In this document: in pieces, positions 10,353-20,559 of the stretch
Position numbering within the stretch: position 1 is the first letter of the stretch
Layout of the letters: each line of letters begins with the position of its first letter
DNA from: an uncultured delta proteobacterium
Lineage (GTDB): Bacteria; Myxococcota_A; Polyangia; Polyangiales; B10-G4
Assembly: GCA_963727445.1 (NCBI GenBank)
Contig: CAVSGI010000020.1
Span: 416,001-480,000 of the forward strand
Direction of reading: 5' to 3'
Length of the DNA stretch: 64,000 nucleotides
The notes under the pieces: generated by a model
The model's database searches: none
What the model was told of the DNA's origin: nothing
The model's input: only the letters and a program-made list of their open reading frames with translations
Translations under genes and position numbers: made by a program

Positions 10353-11165
10353 GTGCGCAGATCCGGAATCGTCACGGGGCTCGTCGCCGCGAGCCTGGTG
10401 CTCGCGGTCGCGGCTTGCGACGACTGCGGAGGCGAGGCGCCTGCCGCGGACAGTCGACCAGGGCCGGCGGTGGAGACGCGAGAGCCCGCGCCTCCGGGAG
10501 ATCCGATCGTCCCGGTCGTGCGCCCCATCGAGGACGCTGACGGCGCGCGCTACTCCCTCTACCGTTTCCGGTTCGACCTCTCGGAGGCCGAGATCCACGT
10601 GGCCGATCTCGATTTCGATCGGACGCTCGGCGATGCCCTCGAGGCCGAAGGAGCCCTGCTCGCGATCAACGGCGGCTACTGGGACACGGAGAAGCAGCCC
10701 GAGGGATTGACGCGCGTCGGCGGTCGCGAGATCGCGCCTCTCTCCGCCGCACTCGGTGGCGGCGTGCTGGTGATCGACGACGGGGTGGGCCGGCTCTACG
10801 ACGCCGAGGCCCCGAGCCTTTCGATCCCCGACGACGCCGACTTCGCGCAGCAGTGCATGCCGCGCATCGTGGTCGATGGCGAGCTCAACATCCGCCGCAA
10901 CGATGGCCGGCGCGCCGACCGCACGGCGCTCTGCCTTCGCGACGGTGGGCACACCCTCGACGTCTACGTCGCGCGCGCCGCGCAGGTGGACGGACACGGA
11001 GGACCGACGCTGTGGAGCTTCGGCGAGGTGCTGGTCCACGAGGGATGCGAAAACGCCCTGAACCTCGATGGCGGGAGCTCCACCGGTGCGGTGTGGCAGA
11101 GCCCCGAGGGCCAGGAGCGCCTGCCCCCGCGCGTGGCGCTCCGGCTGGCGCTCCTCTTCGAGTAG
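10353..11165 (+). CDS. Phosphodiester glycosidase family (NAGPA/DUF2233-like) lipoprotein
   Basis: Lipobox AVAAC; AINGGYW, RTALC and ALNLDGGSST motifs. Start approximate. Confidence 0.8.
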   Translation: MRRSGIVTGLVAASLVLAVAACDDCGGEAPAADSRPGPAVETREPAPPGDPIVPVVRPIEDADGARYSLYRFRFDLSEAEIHVADLDFDRTLGDALEAEGALLAINGGYWDTEKQPEGLTRVGGREIAPLSAALGGGVLVIDDGVGRLYDAEAPSLSIPDDADFAQQCMPRIVVDGELNIRRNDGRRADRTALCLRDGGHTLDVYVARAAQVDGHGGPTLWSFGEVLVHEGCENALNLDGGSSTGAVWQSPEGQERLPPRVALRLALLFE

Positions 11166-11237
11166 AGAGCTGGTCCGCCCCACTTGCGTGCCCGTGCCCG
11201 TGCGCGACGATCGTCCGCGCAACGCTCGCGGAGTACG

Positions 11238-12506
11238 TCAGCCGAGCCAGTCGACGATCGCTCGGATCGCGGTCACCACGTTCTGGCAGTGAGCCTCGAG
11301 CCAGGCGACCTCCATCGCATCGTCGCTGGCGGCGTCGAGGGCGGCTTCCCCATCGAAGTCCACGTAGGCCATGCGCGTCGTGAGCTCCTGGGTCGGGCGG
11401 CCGAAGTCGCTGCCGGGCAGGATGGCTACGCCCGTCTCTTCCAGCAGGCGTTCGCAGAGAGCGGCGCTCGTCTCGATGCCGCGGGTGGCGAGCGCCTCGC
11501 GGTGCGCGCCGAAGTCGGGGAAGAGGTAGAAGCCGCCTTCGGGCGCGGGCGCGTCGACCTTCGCCGAGGCGAGCTGGCCATGAGCCCAGCGCGCGAGGGC
11601 TCCGAGGACGCGGCGGGAGCGCACGAGGTAGTCCTCGAGGTCGGCCGATCCGTCGAAGGCGGTGACCGCTGCGTGCTGGATGGGTGCGCTCACCGACGTG
11701 TAGGTCTCGCTCGCGGCGACGGCCATCGCGTCGTGAAGCCAGGAGAGGCCCTTCGGGAAGACGAAGGTGCCGAGACGCCAGCCGCCTGCGCCGCACCACT
11801 TCGAGAGCCCTCCCGAGACGATGGTGCCTTCGGGGTAGTCCACCGCGATGGAGCCGTGGGCGCCGCGGTGGTCGACCTCGCCGTAGATCTCGTCGCTGAC
11901 CACCACCAGAGCGTGCTTCCGAGCGACCTCCGCGAGCGCGGCGCGGCGCTCGGGCGAAAGGGTGACGCCGGTCGGATTCGAGGGGTAGTTGAGGATCAGG
12001 ACCTGGGGCACGTCCCCGCCCGCGGCGCACGCGCGCTCGAGGGCGTCGGGGGTCAGCATCCAATCGCTCTCGCGGCTCGTCTCGATCCAGCGCACGGGGC
12101 GGCCGATGATGCGCGCCTGCGGTTGGTAGCTCACCCAGGATGGACTCGGGATGATCAGCTCGCCCTGGTGACAGAGCTGGAGCAGGAACATCAGCTCCTT
12201 GCTCCCGGGTCCCACCAGCACGTCGTCCGCGTCCCGCGCGATGCCGAGGGTGCGCTTCGCGTGGCCGGCCACCGCAGCGCGGAGTGCGCGAAGCCCACGC
12301 ACCGGCAGATAGTCCTTCTGGTGCGCGTTCTTGCGCAGGCTCGCGACGACGTCCTTCGGGACGGGGAAGGGCGACTGGCCCAGGCCCAGCTTGTAGATCG
12401 TTCGTCCCTCGGCGCGGAGCGCGTCGCTGCGCTCGTTGATCGCGACGGTCGCCGACGGCGTCATGCCGCGGACGTTGGGGTTCAGACTCGGTATGGGGGC
12501 GACCAT
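11238..12506 (-). CDS. Class I PLP-dependent aminotransferase (aspartate aminotransferase family)
   Basis: LGLGQSPF, NYPSNPTG, SDEIY, GLSKWCGAGGWRLG. True start ATG 12506; the upstream part of the track ORF is shadow. Confidence 0.92.
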   Translation of the reverse strand: MVAPIPSLNPNVRGMTPSATVAINERSDALRAEGRTIYKLGLGQSPFPVPKDVVASLRKNAHQKDYLPVRGLRALRAAVAGHAKRTLGIARDADDVLVGPGSKELMFLLQLCHQGELIIPSPSWVSYQPQARIIGRPVRWIETSRESDWMLTPDALERACAAGGDVPQVLILNYPSNPTGVTLSPERRAALAEVARKHALVVVSDEIYGEVDHRGAHGSIAVDYPEGTIVSGGLSKWCGAGGWRLGTFVFPKGLSWLHDAMAVAASETYTSVSAPIQHAAVTAFDGSADLEDYLVRSRRVLGALARWAHGQLASAKVDAPAPEGGFYLFPDFGAHREALATRGIETSAALCERLLEETGVAILPGSDFGRPTQELTTRMAYVDFDGEAALDAASDDAMEVAWLEAHCQNVVTAIRAIVDWLG

Positions 12507-12517
12507 GCCTCGTCGTA

Positions 12518-13312
12518 TCACATGGGGATGCCGAGGGAGAGCTGCCCTCGCGGCAGGCCCACCTCGACCGCCAGCGTCTCGTCCTGATGGGCCACCGAGA
12601 TCTCGACGTGGCGATGGCGAGACAGCGCGCGCTCGGCGGCGCGGCGCGCCAGATGCGGCTCGTTGTTCGCTTGCGAGAGGTGCATGAGCACCACCCGCTC
12701 GAGCCCCGGAGCCAGCGCCTCGAGGGCGCCCGCCATCTGCGCGTTCGACAGGTGGCCAGCGCCGCTCGCGATGCGCTTCTGGATCTCGGGCGGATAAGGG
12801 CCGGCTCTGAGGAGCGTCGGCTCGTGGTTGGCCTCGATGAAGAGCGTGCCGACGCCGCGGAGATGGTCGAGGAGGTCGCGATGGACCCAGCCGAGGTCGG
12901 TGACCAGCGCCGCGCGCTTTGCTTCGGCGGCGAAGACCAGCGCGACCTGCGGTGCGTCGTGAGGCACCGGATGAGGACGGATCTCGAGCCCGCCGACGCG
13001 GAAGGGGGCGCGGGGGCCGATGACCCGGCTCTGGGGCAGAGAGCCGAGCTCGGCGCTCCGGCGGGTGGCCTCGGTCAGATAGACGGGCGCGTCGAAGTGC
13101 ATGGCACAGGCGCGTGCGTGGCCAACGTGATCGCCGTGGGCGTGGGTCAGGACGAGCGCGTCGATACGGCCCAGTGGTGCGTCGTGTGCACCTTCGGCGC
13201 GCCGCTCGATCTCCTTCGGGGACAGTCCCGCGTCGACGAGGACGCGCACTCCGCCCGCCTCCACGAGTGTGCAGTTGCCACGACTTCCGCTTCCGAGGAC
13301 AGTGACGCGCAT
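12518..13312 (-). CDS. MBL-fold metallo-hydrolase (YycJ/WalJ-like)
   Basis: [38 protein letters not shown]. Confidence 0.9.
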   Translation of the reverse strand: MRVTVLGSGSRGNCTLVEAGGVRVLVDAGLSPKEIERRAEGAHDAPLGRIDALVLTHAHGDHVGHARACAMHFDAPVYLTEATRRSAELGSLPQSRVIGPRAPFRVGGLEIRPHPVPHDAPQVALVFAAEAKRAALVTDLGWVHRDLLDHLRGVGTLFIEANHEPTLLRAGPYPPEIQKRIASGAGHLSNAQMAGALEALAPGLERVVLMHLSQANNEPHLARRAAERALSRHRHVEISVAHQDETLAVEVGLPRGQLSLGIPM

Positions 13313-13353
13313 CTTGCGATTGGCTAGAGTGGCCCACCTCGCGGGGAGACGCC

Positions 13354-14016
13354 ATGGCCGACACCGACAACGATCCGCGGAGCACGATCGTCGCGCTCTG
13401 CCGCCAGTTCTACGGCCTCGGATGGGTCTCCGGCACCGGCGGGGGGATCAGCATCCGCGAGGATGGCAAGATCTACATGGCGCCGAGCGGCGTTCAGAAG
13501 GAGCGCCTCCGACGAGAGGACCTCTTCGTCCTGGACGAAGCGGGCGAGGTGATCACCACACCCACCGCCGGCGGCGAGAAGGTCAGCGCTTGCGCGCCGC
13601 TGTTCATGAATGCTTTTCGGATCCGCGACGCGGGCGCCGTGCTCCACAGCCATAGCGTCCACGCGATGCTCGCCACCCTGGTCTACGAGGACGCCTTCCG
13701 GGTGACGCACCTCGAGATGATGAAGGGCATCACCGGCACCGGCTATCACGACGAGCTGGTGGTGCCGATCATCGAGAACAAGGCGCACGAGGCCGAGCTC
13801 GCCGAGTCGATGGCGGCCGCCATGGAGGCTCATCCCGACAGCCACGCGGTCTTGGTGCGCCGGCACGGCGTCTACGTCTGGGGTGCGGACTGGGTCGAGG
13901 CGAAGACCCACGCCGAGTGTTACGACTACCTCTTCGAGGCGGCGGTGCGGATGAAGCAGCTGGGCTTCGACCCGAGCTCGGCCCCCGCTCCCTCGATTCG
14001 ACGAGTGGGGTTCTGA
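13354..14016 (+). CDS. mtnB: Methylthioribulose-1-phosphate dehydratase
   Basis: [42 protein letters not shown] (APIP/MtnB type). Confidence 0.93.
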   Translation: MADTDNDPRSTIVALCRQFYGLGWVSGTGGGISIREDGKIYMAPSGVQKERLRREDLFVLDEAGEVITTPTAGGEKVSACAPLFMNAFRIRDAGAVLHSHSVHAMLATLVYEDAFRVTHLEMMKGITGTGYHDELVVPIIENKAHEAELAESMAAAMEAHPDSHAVLVRRHGVYVWGADWVEAKTHAECYDYLFEAAVRMKQLGFDPSSAPAPSIRRVGF

Positions 14017-14017
14017 G

Positions 14018-14470
14018 ATGCACGCGCACTGGCTGCAAGACGAGGACGAAGGCGAGATCACCATCGACGAGCTCCGCACCCAGGGGGTGCACTTCGAGCA
14101 GCTCTCGACGGATCCCGCCCACTATCAGGGGCCCATCGACGTCCTGAAGAAGGACAAGGGCTACGTCGAGCAGGACGAGGTCGCGCTCAGCCCGGCGCTG
14201 CCGAACCTCGACGAGATCTGCGCCAAGTTCATCGACGAGCACCTGCACGACGAAGACGAGGTGCGCTTCGTTCTCGAGGGCGAAGGCATCTTCGACATCC
14301 GCTCCGAGGACGATCGGTGGATGCGGGTGAAGGTGGAGAAAGGCGACCTGATCGTGGTCCCGGCCGAGCGGCACCACCGCTTCATGCTCACCGACGAAAA
14401 GACCATCCGCTGCGTCCGCCTCTTCAAGGACCAGAGCGGCTGGGTCCCCCACTACCGGGATCGCGTCTGA
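14018..14470 (+). CDS. mtnD: Acireductone dioxygenase
   Basis: EHLHDEDEVRFVLEGEGIFDIR, PAERHHRF, VRLF..GWVP; 1 nt after mtnB. Confidence 0.92.
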   Translation: MHAHWLQDEDEGEITIDELRTQGVHFEQLSTDPAHYQGPIDVLKKDKGYVEQDEVALSPALPNLDEICAKFIDEHLHDEDEVRFVLEGEGIFDIRSEDDRWMRVKVEKGDLIVVPAERHHRFMLTDEKTIRCVRLFKDQSGWVPHYRDRV

Positions 14471-14547
14471 GCGCCGAAGACACGCGCGCCCTCGACTGCC
14501 GCGACGTTGACGCGCTCCTCGCGGCGCTCTCGCGGTAGAGTCCGCGC

Positions 14548-15675
14548 GTGGTGGATCGTCCGCTCTTCGCTGCGTGGCCCCGGATCGAAGCGCGCATGCC
14601 GCTCGCGGCCCTGGGTGATTTCCCCACGCCCATCGAGAGCCTGGACGCCGTGATGCGCGAGGCCGGGGCGGCCGGCTTTCCCGCTTTCGTCAAGCGCGAC
14701 GACCGAAGCGCCGAGGTGTATGGCGGCAACAAGGTCCGGACTCTCGAGGTGCTCTTCGGCGCGGCCAAGGCGCGGGGCGCGACCCACGTCTTTTCCACTG
14801 GCGCCTTCGGCTCGAATCACGCGGCCGCCACCGTTCTGCACGCGCGGCGCGCGGGGCTCGCCCCGGGCGTCGTCCTCTTCCCTCAACCTCCGTCCGAGGC
14901 GGCGGCGGAGAATCTCCAGGTGACGATCTCCGAAGCGGAGACGCTGGTCGCCCTCCCCCATTGGTCGGCGCTTCCCTTCGGGATGAAGCGAGCGGAGCGC
15001 CGGATCCGGCGCGAGGGCGGCGTCGCCGAGGTGATGGTTCCCGGCGGCGCCACGCCGCGCGGCGCGATGGGTTACGTCTCGGCGGCGCTGGAGGTGGCGC
15101 ACCAGATCGAACGCGGGGAGATGCCGAAGCCCCGCGCGGTGGTGGTGGGGGTCGGCTCGACATGTACCACCGCAGGGCTCCTGGTCGGCTTTCACCACGC
15201 CGCGCGGATGGGCATCGGCTTCGTCGACGAGCGAGGGCGCCCCAATCCTCCCACCGTGATCGCGGTGCGCGTCACGCCCTGGCCGGTGACCGCGGCCTTC
15301 CGAATCGTGCGGATGGCGATGGGCGCATCCGAGGAGCTGGCGCGCCTTTCGGGCGAGCCGTCCCTCGCGCTCTCCTACCGAGACCTGCGCCCGCTCCTCG
15401 ATCTCGACGCCCGCGAGCTCGGCGCGGGCTACGGTCAGGTCACTCCCGCGGGTCTCGCTGCGATCGATGCGTTTCGGGCGCATCCTCTCGCCCTCGACAC
15501 CACCTATTCGGGCAAGGCCGCGGCCTCGCTCCTCGCACGAGCGCGCCGCGGTGGGAAGGGGCCGCTCCTCTTCTGGTCGACGAAGAGCACCATGCCTCTG
15601 CCCGAGGTGGATGCCGGCGCCCTGGAGCGAGCGCCGCGCATCATGCGTCGCTGGCTGTCGAAGCCTCGCTCATGA
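14548..15675 (+). CDS. PLP-dependent D-cysteine desulfhydrase / ACC deaminase family protein
   Basis: PTPIE, VKRDD..YGGNKVR.LE, GSNHA, LDTTYSGKA. Confidence 0.85.
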   Translation: MVDRPLFAAWPRIEARMPLAALGDFPTPIESLDAVMREAGAAGFPAFVKRDDRSAEVYGGNKVRTLEVLFGAAKARGATHVFSTGAFGSNHAAATVLHARRAGLAPGVVLFPQPPSEAAAENLQVTISEAETLVALPHWSALPFGMKRAERRIRREGGVAEVMVPGGATPRGAMGYVSAALEVAHQIERGEMPKPRAVVVGVGSTCTTAGLLVGFHHAARMGIGFVDERGRPNPPTVIAVRVTPWPVTAAFRIVRMAMGASEELARLSGEPSLALSYRDLRPLLDLDARELGAGYGQVTPAGLAAIDAFRAHPLALDTTYSGKAAASLLARARRGGKGPLLFWSTKSTMPLPEVDAGALERAPRIMRRWLSKPRS

Positions 15676-16822
15676 CCATCCGGTGCCAGGCGCCCAGCGC
15701 GCGCAGCGCGTAGGCGAGCACGAAGCGCCGCGCCGCCTCGTCCCGCTTCGACTCGAGCAGGGCGGCGAGCCCCACGTGAGCGGCGGCGGTCGCGACCTCG
15801 AGGCGCGCGCTCCGGCTCTCGTCCTTGCGCCGCACGGCGGCGAGGCGCTCGCGGAGGATCGACTCGAAGGACGCCCGTCGCCGCTCGGCGCTCGCGCTGG
15901 CGGGCGAGAGCAGCGGCTCGAGGCGGTAGCCCTTCGCGCTGGTGCGCAGCGACGCCCGGCAGTGCGCGGGATCGATCGCCGCCCAGCCGACGGGCTCCGC
16001 GAAGTGCAGGAGCTTGCCGGCGTCGTAGAGCGGGTCGGTGATGCCGATCTCCGGGTTGGGATTGATCACGCGCACCGAGAAGCCGCGCCCGCGCCGGCGC
16101 GCCATGACGTTGCCCAGGTGGAGGTCGCCGTGGCAGAGCGTCCGCGGCGCCTGCGGTAGCGCGGAGCCCAGCCAGGCGTCGAGGCAGGCGAGGAGCGGCG
16201 TGAGCGGCGGAACCTTCTCGTCGAGCACGCGACCCTCTTCGTTCCAGAGTCGGCGCAGGTCGGGGTCGAGCTCGGTGATGCGCTCGAGCTTCGCGCGCAG
16301 GCGCGCGCCGTAGGGATCGTCGATGCGCGGAAGCCTGGCGAGGGCGCGCGCGTGCTCGCGGCCAGTCCGGCGGATGGCGCGCACACCGACGAAGGTGTGG
16401 TCGAGGATCCGGTCGAGGTCGGTGATCGCCGTGCGCCGGCGGTAGACGAGGTCGAGGAGCGTGGTGTGGGCGAGGAGCTGCTCCATGAAGAGGAGGCGCC
16501 GCTCTCCCTCGAGACGGAAGACCGCCTGCACCGAAGGGAAGGTCCGGGCGCGCGTCTTGTTCACGCGCTCCATCAGGAGCACGTGCCGGTCGAGCTCCTC
16601 GCCACCTAGCTTCATCGCCGCGTTGACGTCGATGCGAAGCCCCCCGACGAGCTCGCTCTTGTAACCGCCTCCGAATGCCTCGAAGGCGCCCACGCGCACG
16701 CATGCCTCGACGAAGTCCTCGGGGAGCCCACGCCGCAGAAGCGCGCGCACCGCAGGCACGACCTCGGACGCGAGATCGACCGTCCCGGGCGGCAATACGA
16801 CGGATGGCTTCGATTCGGTCAT
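15641..16822 (-). CDS. APH/choline-kinase-fold phosphotransferase
   Basis: Brenner motif CHGDLHLGNV and DPLYDAGKL; the usual metal-binding Asp reads Asn (VINP). Confidence 0.7.
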   Translation of the reverse strand: MTESKPSVVLPPGTVDLASEVVPAVRALLRRGLPEDFVEACVRVGAFEAFGGGYKSELVGGLRIDVNAAMKLGGEELDRHVLLMERVNKTRARTFPSVQAVFRLEGERRLLFMEQLLAHTTLLDLVYRRRTAITDLDRILDHTFVGVRAIRRTGREHARALARLPRIDDPYGARLRAKLERITELDPDLRRLWNEEGRVLDEKVPPLTPLLACLDAWLGSALPQAPRTLCHGDLHLGNVMARRRGRGFSVRVINPNPEIGITDPLYDAGKLLHFAEPVGWAAIDPAHCRASLRTSAKGYRLEPLLSPASASAERRRASFESILRERLAAVRRKDESRSARLEVATAAAHVGLAALLESKRDEAARRFVLAYALRALGAWHRMVMSEASTASDA

Positions 16823-16906
16823 CCCCAGAGTGTTCCCCGCTCACCAGTCGGACGGCGTGCGCGCACCAGAACTGACGGGCGGCACGGACCGTGCCGGCGC
16901 ATCGGC

Positions 16907-17629
16907 TCAGTCGCGGCGCAGGCCGCAGGCTTCGGCGATCCCGTCCCGATAGTGAAGCCACTTTTCGAGGCAGGTCTCCATTGCGGCGACCACGCCGCGG
17001 CGTTCGCTCTCGGGGACGTGATCGAGCATGACCCGCCAGGCGGCCGCGCGGTGGTCGCCTTCGACGGCGCGATGGGCCTTGGTGAGCGCCAGATCGTCGA
17101 GGGGGAGCCCGTAGTGCTTCACGAGAGGGTGCTCCGAGAGCGCCGGCTCGGGGCGCTTGTTCGCCCCTTCTTCGATCTCGCCCCGCTCGAACTTCGTTCC
17201 CTCGATGAAGAGCGTCGTCACCGCGGTTCCGATCTCCCAGCCGCGCTCCAGCGTCGCTTCGTCCAGGTAGTCGCGATACACGCGCGAGGCGGGCAGCAGC
17301 GTCACGCGCTCGAAGCGCGACAGGTCCATGCCGAGGCCTTTGGGATAGCGGAGGAAGAGCTCCGGATGGGGCTTTCCTGCGGACAGGCCTCCGGTCTCCT
17401 CTTCGTAGATGTTCTCGGCGAGCTCGCGGCGCACGGCGGCGATCGGGCAGCTCACGTAAGCGCGCGCGATCAAGACCGGGAAGTCCCGAACGTAGACCTC
17501 GTACTCCTGCTCGAAATGGACGTGGAGGAGCTCCTTCGGTACCGCGCCCGTGGTGAAGGCCGCCCAGGCCCAGTGGTCCTTTCGCTCCATGACCTCGAGG
17601 AGGGCTTGCTTGAAGGCGTCGCGGTTCAT
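16907..17629 (-). CDS. Heme-oxygenase-like diiron protein (PqqC/TenA/CADD-like)
   Basis: ENIYEEETG..HPELF, FIEG, HRAVEGDH ligand pattern. Start ATG 17629. Confidence 0.8.
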   Translation of the reverse strand: MNRDAFKQALLEVMERKDHWAWAAFTTGAVPKELLHVHFEQEYEVYVRDFPVLIARAYVSCPIAAVRRELAENIYEEETGGLSAGKPHPELFLRYPKGLGMDLSRFERVTLLPASRVYRDYLDEATLERGWEIGTAVTTLFIEGTKFERGEIEEGANKRPEPALSEHPLVKHYGLPLDDLALTKAHRAVEGDHRAAAWRVMLDHVPESERRGVVAAMETCLEKWLHYRDGIAEACGLRRD

Positions 17630-17753
17630 AGGAGCGCAGCGTAGCAACCCCCTGCTACGGGGGCGAAAACTTGGAGAGGACGCCGGGTCGAAACGAAGGG
17701 GTTGCGATCGCAGCCCGTTGGCCTTCTGATCTGCCGTCCACACGGGAGGCGCG

Positions 17754-18779
17754 ATGGAATACCGGAAGATGGGAGCCAGCGGGGTCAAGGTCTCGCCGCT
17801 CTGCCTGGGGACGATGACCTTCGGCGAAGCCGACGAGAGCTCCTTCATGCACGAGATCGGTGCGGACGAAGAGACGTCGTTCCAGATCATGGATCGCGCG
17901 CTCGAGGCGGGCGTGAACTTCTTCGACACGGCAGACGTCTACGGACAAGACGGGCTCAGCGAGCGTGTCGTGGGCCGCTGGTTCGACAAGAGCGGCAAGC
18001 GCGACGACGTGGTCCTCGCGACCAAGTTCCGTTTCCGGATGGGCCAGGGTCCCAACGGCACGGGCGCCTCCCGGCGCCGCATCGTGCGGACCTGCGAGGA
18101 GAGCCTGAGGCGCCTCAAGACCGATCGCATCGACCTGTACCAGATTCACATGCAGGACTTCGACACGCCGGAGGAGGAGACGCTGCGCGCCCTCGACGAT
18201 CTGGTGCGCGCGGGCAAGGTCCTCTACATCGGTTGCAGCAACTACGCGGCGTATCGTCTGGTCCACTCACAGTGGCTCAGCCGCACCCATCACCTCGAGC
18301 GTTTCGTCACCCTTCAGGCGCAGTACAGCCTGGTCGTTCGAGACCTCGAGAAGGAGCTGGTGCCCGCCTGCCGCGATTTCGGTCTGGGGATCCTCCCGTG
18401 GTCGCCGCTTGGCGGCGGCTTCCTCTCGGGCAAGTACGAAAAGGGCAAGGGCGCGCCCGAGGGAACGCGCCTCGACAAATGGCAGGACCGCTACGCCCGC
18501 TTCGACAACGACCGCAACTGGAAGATCATCGCTGCGGTGCGGGCGGTCGCCGAAGAGGTCGGGGCCACGGTGGCGCAGGTGTCGCTGGCCTGGCTCATCC
18601 ACAAGCCACAGGTCACCAGCGTCATCTTCGGAGCGCGCAATCTGGCGCAGCTCGAGGACAATCTGAAGGCCGCCGAGGTGAAGCTCGGCGAAAATCACAT
18701 GAAGGTGCTGGACGAGGCCTCGGAGTTCGACCTCGGCTATCCCTACACCTTCCTCAATCAGGTTCAGGGACGCTGGTAG
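17754..18779 (+). CDS. Aldo/keto reductase
   Basis: [51 protein letters not shown]. Confidence 0.95.
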   Translation: MEYRKMGASGVKVSPLCLGTMTFGEADESSFMHEIGADEETSFQIMDRALEAGVNFFDTADVYGQDGLSERVVGRWFDKSGKRDDVVLATKFRFRMGQGPNGTGASRRRIVRTCEESLRRLKTDRIDLYQIHMQDFDTPEEETLRALDDLVRAGKVLYIGCSNYAAYRLVHSQWLSRTHHLERFVTLQAQYSLVVRDLEKELVPACRDFGLGILPWSPLGGGFLSGKYEKGKGAPEGTRLDKWQDRYARFDNDRNWKIIAAVRAVAEEVGATVAQVSLAWLIHKPQVTSVIFGARNLAQLEDNLKAAEVKLGENHMKVLDEASEFDLGYPYTFLNQVQGRW

Positions 18780-18784
18780 GGGCG

Positions 18785-20446
18785 TCAGTGATGTGCGTTC
18801 TTGCTGCGGGTCGTCGGCCGTAGCTTCATGAGTGCGAAGAAGGCGGCGGCCAGGGCGTAGCCCACGCTCCAGCGCCATCCGCTGGCGAAGCCGATCTCGA
18901 ACTCGCCCCCCGCAGGGCCCAGGCGCCCGGCGTGGATGAAGCCGAAGAACGAGAGCATGGCGCCGGCGAGCGCCCAGTACGCCGCGCGCTCGAAGCGCTG
19001 ATCGATCAGCTCGGCGCTCGCGGCCGCCCAGATCATGCAGGTCAGCATGAAGCCCTGGCACAGCGCCACCAGGCCTTCGAGGTGGACGCCGGCCATGGCG
19101 AAGGCTTCGGGGTGGGTGAGCACCTCCGCGGCGAGGCCGGGATCTCCGAGCGCGAAGCTCGCCGCGCCGAGGGTCTGGCCGAGGATCGAGCACGCCCCAG
19201 GCGGCGATGGCCGGGAACAGGCCGACGGCGACCGCGGGGGCGTGCGCGGCGTCGCGTCGCCTGGAACGCCTGGGCCGTGATGATGATGCCGATCCACAGC
19301 ACGATGGCCATGCCCGCCTGCATCGGCACGACGCGCGGCGATCAGCGAGGTGAGCCCGAACAGCGCGACCACGGTGAAGAACACGCCGTTGAGGATCGAG
19401 TAGCCCGAGCGCGCCCCGAGCGCCTTCCATCCCGGGATGGCCGATGTAGATCGTCGTCGGAAAGCACGAGCCGAACAGCGCGGCGACGATCGAGCCGCCG
19501 CCGTTCATCGCCATCGACGGCAGGGTGGGATAGGCGTCACCCGCCGCCTCGGCGGACTCGATGTTCTGCAGCGAGCCGAGCACGTTGAACAGGCCCATCG
19601 GGCATCATCACCGGCACGAGGAACTGCGCAGAAGAGCGGGTGGTGAAGCCGGCGATGACGTCGCCGATGACCGGCACCGGGAGGTGGAAGCCGACGGTGG
19701 TCGGCGGCCTCGCCGAGCGCCTGGCGGCATCGACCGGGGCGTCGTGGGCGCCGATCGGCGCAGAGCAGCCAGGCCACGGCGGTGCCGAGCGCCGACGCGC
19801 CCAGGCGCCGCCGGGGATGCGCAGCGGGCAGCTTCGTTCGGCCGAAGTAGGTAGTGAGGATCATGGCGAGCGGGCAGCATGGCCGACCAGCGGGCGACTC
19901 GAAGGTCTGCATGGCGAAGTCGATGGCGATGAAGCTGATGGCGATGCCGGCGAGCGTGGACAGGAGCGCGGCGCGCGGCGTGTGCCGGCGGATGCAGTCG
20001 GCGACGAAGGAGCCGCGCGAGCTCGATCGAGGCCCGAGACGAGGCAGGACGGCGAGCCCCACCTGCCAGGCGAGCGTGCGCCGCTGCGCTCGGGTCGACG
20101 CCGCCCTTATGGGCCGCGAGCTTCACCGGCAGCATCACCAAGAAGACGTAGGCGAAGAGGGACACGGTGTTGATGCCGTAGGGCAGGGCGGAGACGTCGG
20201 TGCGGCCGGTGCGGGCCGAGAGCTTCTGTGCTTGCCAGGCGTAGAAGACGTTGCCGACCAGGATCGAGACGCGCCGCGCCGGGCAGCACGGTGCCGAGCA
20301 CCAGGGTCATCGGGAAGCCGAGCACGCGCGACCGAGAGCGCGAGGATCAGCAGGAACTGGATCAGGTTGTCGATGGCGAGACCGAAGAAGCCATCGACGT
20401 CGCCAGGCACGAACCAGGGCTGAGGGCGCGCGCTCTCGTCGTTCAT
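18785..20446 (-). pseudogene. NCS2-family (xanthine/uracil/purine) permease with many frameshifts; pseudogene or consensus error
   Basis: Conserved segments occur in shifting frames: [91 protein letters not shown]. Confidence 0.8.
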
Positions 20447-20559
20447 GGGCGCGGAGGATACTGTCGAAGGCGGCGTGTCTTCCTGGAAACTTTCAGCTGG
20501 AGCGTTGCGGAAACACGCGCTCTCCCCATTCGCAAGAAATGCGACTAGGTGTCCTTTGT

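Noticed and set aside
11238..13385. 715-aa fused aminotransferase, and similar N-terminal extensions of 50666..52048 and 61452..63071
   Set aside because: The extensions overlap genuine upstream genes in another frame; the real starts are 12506, 51553 and 62225.
15641..16822. Calling this gene mtnK
   Set aside because: It shares only the generic HGDLH motif, lacks the IDPEF motif I would expect, and is convergent to the mtn genes.
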